Source: Bacteroidota bacterium (lineage in GTDB: Bacteria > Bacteroidota > Bacteroidia > Bacteroidales > UBA10428). From it: DNA of 32,941 nucleotides. The notes under the pieces were generated by a model, which was not told the DNA's origin, made no database searches, and was given only the letters and a program-made list of their open reading frames with translations. The position numbers and the translations under genes are program-made. Of the stretch, positions 32,460-32,941 are shown piece after piece. Location of the stretch: positions 1-32,941 of the forward strand of contig JAGDMB010000001.1 in NCBI GenBank assembly GCA_017860375.1, read 5' to 3'. Every line of letters begins with the position of its first letter. Positions within the stretch are counted from its first letter, which is position 1.

Positions 32460-32941
32460 TCAGTGCATTGAACAACCGGATTAGCCCTTCCTCCGCCTTT
32501 TCTGCAATTTCGAGGATGTCCTCAATCTTTGCAGGCACCAGGTTATCGGGGTCACACTCATCGGTCAGCACCGAAACGGCCGCACAAGGCAATCCCATGT
32601 GATTGGCTACGATGACCTCGGGAACCGTTGACATTCCCACGGCATCAGCAAAATTCCCCAGGAACCGGTATTCCGCGCGAGTTTCAAGATTCGGACCGGC
32701 AACCGCTGCATAAATACCCTTATGCATGGCTATTTTTTCACGGATTGCAATGGCTTCAAGCTTCCCATTCAGAAAAGGGGAATAAGGCTGGCTCATATCG
32801 GGGAATCGCGGGCCCATCTTATCGTCATTGCGACCCCGCAGAGGATTATCGGGCAGAAAACTGATATGGTCCTCAATGAGCATCAGGTTCCCCTTTTTAA
32901 AGTTGAGGTTGAGTGCACCGGCCGCATTCGACAGCAACAGG
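32446..32941 (-). CDS. punA: Purine nucleoside phosphorylase (trimeric PNP family), with the 5' end beyond the window
   Basis: GMSTVPEVIVANHMG, ETRAEYRF and GPRFPDMS motifs. The ORF stays open to the window edge. Its 3' end overlaps the convergent cyclase gene by 14 nt. Confidence 0.88.
   Translation of the reverse strand, partial: LLLSNAAGALNLNFKKGNLMLIEDHISFLPDNPLRGRNDDKMGPRFPDMSQPYSPFLNGKLEAIAIREKIAMHKGIYAAVAGPNLETRAEYRFLGNFADAVGMSTVPEVIVANHMGLPCAAVSVLTDECDPDNLVPAKIEDILEIAEKAEEGLIRLFNALIKEL

Noticed and set aside
1-32941. Search for mobile elements, genomic-island boundaries, tRNA or rRNA genes, toxin-antitoxin pairs or defence systems
   Set aside because: No transposase, integrase, recombinase, tRNA-like structure, terminal inverted repeats or defence-gene motifs were seen. 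Gene content and density look like core chromosome.

Overview
This window is a chromosomal segment of a Bacteroidota genome. The evidence is the gld/por gliding and type IX secretion genes, TAnnTTTG-type promoter motifs, and the near absence of Shine-Dalgarno sequences. I support 27 protein-coding genes, with the last truncated at the window edge. Most are housekeeping: panC-panD, rfaE2-like, radA, PBP1A, topA, ung, mlaEF, manC, hom, a purine nucleoside phosphorylase and others. The main recognisable system is a complete, well-known T9SS core cluster, porP-porK/gldK-porL/gldL-porM/gldM-porN/gldN, at 9.7-15.6 kb. I found no tRNA, rRNA, CRISPR array, transposase or integrase. One clear cis-regulatory RNA is present, a SAM-I riboswitch on the minus strand upstream of hom, where the ORF track shows only spurious small ORFs. 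The best candidate for something undescribed is a translationally coupled three-gene operon at 18.7-24.6 kb. It encodes a 923-aa membrane-anchored protein ending in a seven-blade FG-GAP-like propeller, a 554-aa lipoprotein, and a 488-aa outer-membrane barrel-like protein whose N-terminus resembles PorP/SprF. None of the three shows a catalytic motif or a family I can name with confidence. Other points worth a second look:
- An arginase-fold protein next to topA/porP has four of its six metal ligands substituted.
- An RfaE-II-type nucleotidyltransferase has HxGH degraded to HxGQ.
- A Na/Pi cotransporter carries an N-terminal secreted Ig-like domain.
- A 30-bp tandem repeat lies at the window start.
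- Two intergenic arrays of TTTGAA/TTCAAA hexamers have 8-bp periodicity.
- TAnnTTTG motifs abut two start codons.
All family assignments come from motif recognition by eye. No searches were run.
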